From Okeania sp. (GTDB taxonomy: Bacteria > Cyanobacteriota > Cyanobacteriia > Cyanobacteriales > Microcoleaceae), in contig NZ_JAYKGW010000035.1 of NCBI RefSeq assembly GCF_035285525.1, positions 1-6,409 of the forward strand: a stretch of DNA of 6,409 nucleotides. The letters run 5' to 3'. The position numbers and the translations under genes are program-made. This document shows positions 3,500-6,409 of this stretch, piece by piece. How positions within the stretch are numbered: the stretch's first letter is position 1; each line of letters begins with the position of its first letter. The notes under the pieces were generated by a model. The model ran no database searches. It had not been told where the DNA came from and worked only from the letters and a program-made list of their open reading frames with translations.

Positions 3500-6409
3500 C
3501 TAAACTTTGGTAACAGAATCTTTTGGCAATACATTCATACTCTTACCGTTACCATTAACTGATACATCCAACTGCGGACGACTTTCTTTTCCACCGAACA
3601 ATTTCTGCAACCAATGCATAAAATTATCAATATAAGTAAACCAAACAGGTACAACTACTAACGTTAACAATGTTGAAGTTATCAAACCACCAATAACTGA
3701 TATCGCCATCGGACTTCTCACTGCTCCTCCTGCTCCTAACTCCAGAGCAATAGGCAACATCCCGGCAATAGTCGAAAGAGTTGTCATTAAAATTGGTCGT
3801 AACCGGGAAATACCTGCTTCCCGCACTGCATGAAATTGAGACATTCCTGCTTCTTCATTTGCTAGGGAAGAGTCTACTAACAAAATCGCATTTTTGGTTA
3901 CTAAACCCATTAACAATACGATTCCAATGATAGCATACAAACCTAACTCTTTTTGGAAGATCATTAACCCTAATAATGCACCACCAACAGACAAAGGTAA
4001 CGCTACCAAAACCACTATAGGATAGAGAAAATTATTGTATAACAATACTAAAATTGCATAAATACACAATATTGCTAAACCCAAAGCACCTGCAAAACCA
4101 TTAAATATATCCATCATAATTTTGGCACCGCCATCAGACTGTTCGGTGACATCAGGGGGGAGGGGATTCATTGCTGGCAATGATTTCACTGTTGTTAGTG
4201 CATCTCCCAAAGAAATACCTTGTATATTTGCTTCAAAGGAAACTTGACGAAAACGGTTAAAACGTTTGATTTCGGCAGGCCCGCTACCGATGGTAATTTC
4301 TGCCACTGCTGACAATGGTACTAAACCACCATTCCGACTGGGAATGCGTAAATTTCTAATCGCATCTAAGTCATTTCTATATTTCTCTGCTAACTGTACC
4401 CGAATGGGAATTTGACGATCTGATAAATCGAATTTAGCTAAATTAGTTTCGTTATCTCCTAAAGTTGCTAAGGATGCAGTCCGGGCGATCGCTTGTACGG
4501 AAATTCCTAAATCTCCTGCTCTTGCGGGTAATGGTTTTATCAAAATCTCTGGTTTCACTAAACTAGCGCTGGAAGTTACATCTACTAACCCAGGAACTTC
4601 TCGCATTTGTCGTTCTAAAGTATCTGATGTCTGTTGCAAAACAGCAGCATTTTCGCTCTTGAGAATAATGGTTAAATCCTTATTACCACCACCAGCACCT
4701 TGACTAGAAAAATTAATTCGCGCTCCTGGAATATTCTGAAATAATGGTCGTACCTGTTGTTCAAATTCTTTTTGAGTAATATCTCGTTCTTCTCTGGGTA
4801 AGATGTTAACGTACAATTTACCTTTATTCACATTCTCACTACTACCTCTGCTACCGATATCGGCTAACACACTGGTGACAAGTGGATTTTTCTGGAATAG
4901 TTCCATAGTTTGTTGTGCTACCTGTTCGGTTTCTGCTAAAGTGGAACCAGGGGGTAATTCTATAGAAACAATACTCACACCCCGATCTTCAGAACCGGCA
5001 AACCCTTTGGGAATGAGTGGAACCAGTTGTAAGCTCGCAATAAAGAAGACTAAGGCAATAAATAATGTGAAAATTTTATGACGTAACGCCCAAGTTAGTA
5101 ATTGACTGTAGGGGCGAATTTTTCTGTTTTTTTGATTTTTTTCTGGGAAACTAGGAGAAGTTTGCGGTCGTTTCTGTTTCAATAACCGCGCTCCCAACAT
5201 TGGTGTCATTGTGGTAGCAACTAATGTGGAAAACATAGTAGCGATCGCTACTGTAATTCCAAATGGTCTAAAAAATTTCCCTGGTATACCACCCATAAAT
5301 GCTACAGGTAAGAACACTGCAACTATTGTGGCAGTTGTTGCTACCACCGCTAGACCAATTTCTGCTGACCCATCCAAAGCTGCTTGGAATGGTTTTTTCC
5401 CCTGCTCAATATGTTGATCGATATTTTCGATCATACAGATAGCATCATCTACTAAGTTCCCCATTGCTAATGATAGTGCTAACAAAGTCATCCCATCTAG
5501 AGTATAATTGAGACTTTTCATTGCCAGAAAAGTAGGCAGTATTGATAATGGTAATGCTACTGCTGTCACTAGAGTTGGTCGCCAGTCTCGTAAAAATATA
5601 CCGACAATGACAACAGTGAGAATGGAACCAATAATTAAAGCGTCTACAGATGCTTGATATGATTCTTCAATGTCGGTTGCTCTAGTGAAAATTAGTTGGA
5701 AGTTGACATCTGGTGGTAATGTTTTTTCGAGTTCGGCAACTGCTTCCCGGACGCTTTTTTCTACAGAGACCAGGGTGCTACCTGTGCTGCGCAATACCCC
5801 GAAAGCAACAACGGGTTGACCAATATTATTTGTGTCTGAGTTGGGGATGAAACTATTTTTGTCTAGAAACCAAGCGGTTTGTCTAATTTCCCCGTAACCA
5901 TCAATAACTTTTCCCACACTGGAAAGGGGAACTGCGCTACCGGAAGGCAGAATAATTTGATATTCTTTCAATGCTTCTACTGTGTCAGCACTTCCTAATG
6001 TCCGAATACTTTTTTCTGTACCTCCGGTTCGAGAACGTCCTCCTGGGATATTAATATTCAAAGCGCGAATTTGGTCGTTGACTTCAGTTGCAGTAATACC
6101 AATACTTTCTAATCTTTCGGGACTGAGTTCGATGAGAATTTCTCGGTCAACTCCCCCAATGCGGTTGATTTGAGAAACACCTGTAACATTGAGAATAGCA
6201 CGACTAATTTCTTGATCAACTAATTCGCTTAATTCTTCTACGGAACGTTTTTCGGAGGTGACAGCGTAAGTCATGATTGGTCCGCCTCCGGCAAAGTCTA
6301 GTCTTTCAACGATGGGTTCATTAGCGTCTGCGGGTAAGTCTTGGGTAATTTTCGCAATGGCGTTCCGAACATCGTTGGTGGCGCGATCGCTATCTACTTC
6401 TAATTGAAA
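3500..6409 (-). CDS. RND-family (AcrB/AcrD/AcrF, HAE1-type) efflux transporter permease, 5' end outside the window
   Basis: A TM4-like motif LAMGNLVDDAICMIENI is present, with the Asp-Asp at 5449..5444 equivalent to the AcrB D407/D408 proton relay. A TM10-like motif GLVTKNAILLVD is equivalent to the AcrB K940 region. Hydrophobic blocks alternate with two large soluble loops. The frame stays open upstream of the ATG at 6274 to the window edge, reading FQLEVDSDRATNDVRNAIAKITQDLPADANEPIVERLDFAGGGPI-MTYAV, which is typical RND porter-domain sequence. The true start is therefore beyond 6409. The stop is TAG at 3502..3500. Confidence 0.97.
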   Translation of the reverse strand, partial: FQLEVDSDRATNDVRNAIAKITQDLPADANEPIVERLDFAGGGPIMTYAVTSEKRSVEELSELVDQEISRAILNVTGVSQINRIGGVDREILIELSPERLESIGITATEVNDQIRALNINIPGGRSRTGGTEKSIRTLGSADTVEALKEYQIILPSGSAVPLSSVGKVIDGYGEIRQTAWFLDKNSFIPNSDTNNIGQPVVAFGVLRSTGSTLVSVEKSVREAVAELEKTLPPDVNFQLIFTRATDIEESYQASVDALIIGSILTVVIVGIFLRDWRPTLVTAVALPLSILPTFLAMKSLNYTLDGMTLLALSLAMGNLVDDAICMIENIDQHIEQGKKPFQAALDGSAEIGLAVVATTATIVAVFLPVAFMGGIPGKFFRPFGITVAIATMFSTLVATTMTPMLGARLLKQKRPQTSPSFPEKNQKNRKIRPYSQLLTWALRHKIFTLFIALVFFIASLQLVPLIPKGFAGSEDRGVSIVSIELPPGSTLAETEQVAQQTMELFQKNPLVTSVLADIGSRGSSENVNKGKLYVNILPREERDITQKEFEQQVRPLFQNIPGARINFSSQGAGGGNKDLTIILKSENAAVLQQTSDTLERQMREVPGLVDVTSSASLVKPEILIKPLPARAGDLGISVQAIARTASLATLGDNETNLAKFDLSDRQIPIRVQLAEKYRNDLDAIRNLRIPSRNGGLVPLSAVAEITIGSGPAEIKRFNRFRQVSFEANIQGISLGDALTTVKSLPAMNPLPPDVTEQSDGGAKIMMDIFNGFAGALGLAILCIYAILVLLYNNFLYPIVVLVALPLSVGGALLGLMIFQKELGLYAIIGIVLLMGLVTKNAILLVDSSLANEEAGMSQFHAVREAGISRLRPILMTTLSTIAGMLPIALELGAGGAVRSPMAISVIGGLITSTLLTLVVVPVWFTYIDNFMHWLQKLFGGKESRPQLDVSVNGNGKSMNVLPKDSVTKV
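4485..4492. repeat. HIP1 octamer GCGATCGC
   Basis: Exact match within the RND CDS. Confidence 0.9.
5241..5248. repeat. HIP1 octamer GCGATCGC
   Basis: Exact match within the RND CDS. Confidence 0.9.
6383..6390. repeat. HIP1 octamer GCGATCGC
   Basis: Exact match within the RND CDS. Confidence 0.9.

Noticed and set aside
4803-6173. Plus-strand ORFs 4803..5081, 5211..5417 and 5982..6173
   Set aside because: All three are antisense shadow ORFs inside the strongly supported RND permease CDS.
6272-6274. ATG at 6274 as the start of the RND permease (the 924-aa ORF in the track)
   Set aside because: The frame remains open for all 45 codons up to the window edge. Those codons encode typical RND N-terminal porter-domain sequence (..DVRNAIAKITQDLPADANEPIV..). 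This Met is internal, and the gene is 5' truncated by the window.
1-6409. CRISPR arrays, transposases or IS elements, rRNA, and known riboswitch or ribozyme cores
   Set aside because: There are no repeat-spacer periodicities of 25-40 nt, and the only tandem repeats have 7-8 nt units. No transposase-like ORF is present. I saw no hammerhead CUGANGA...GAAA core or other recognisable conserved RNA core in the intergenic regions.

Overview
The window looks like chromosomal DNA from a filamentous (Nostocales-like) cyanobacterium. Supporting signs are four copies of the HIP1 octamer GCGATCGC, several tandem heptamer (STRR-like) repeats, an AT-rich background, and a cyanobacterial/plastid-type tRNA-Glu(UUC) with a G1.U72 pair and no encoded CCA. 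All four genes are on the minus strand. From right to left they are: (1) an RND (AcrB/HAE1-type) efflux permease that runs off the right edge (3500..6409, 5' partial); (2) after a 583-nt non-coding gap, an AT-rich 309-aa four-TM protein whose C-terminal half looks like a DUF4231/SLATT-type 2-TM module (1987..2916); (3) a lipoprotein-like protein with a long low-complexity Pro/Thr/Ser/Asn/Gln linker and three C-terminal SLH repeats (551..1723, possibly up to 1888); (4) tRNA-Glu (347..419) with a candidate promoter and terminator. I see no complete multi-gene system: no recombinase, RT, cyclase, nuclease, CRISPR array or transposase. The parts worth a second look are non-coding or orphan. A 23-nt repeat (22/23 identical) in inverted orientation brackets the SLATT-like gene, with a third partial copy at 252..267. 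A ~205-nt rod-like foldback (3088..3292) and a perfect 23-bp palindrome (3041..3063) lie upstream of that gene. A 54% GC foldback built from inverted heptamer repeats sits at the left edge. All domain calls come from motif reading by eye, not from database searches.
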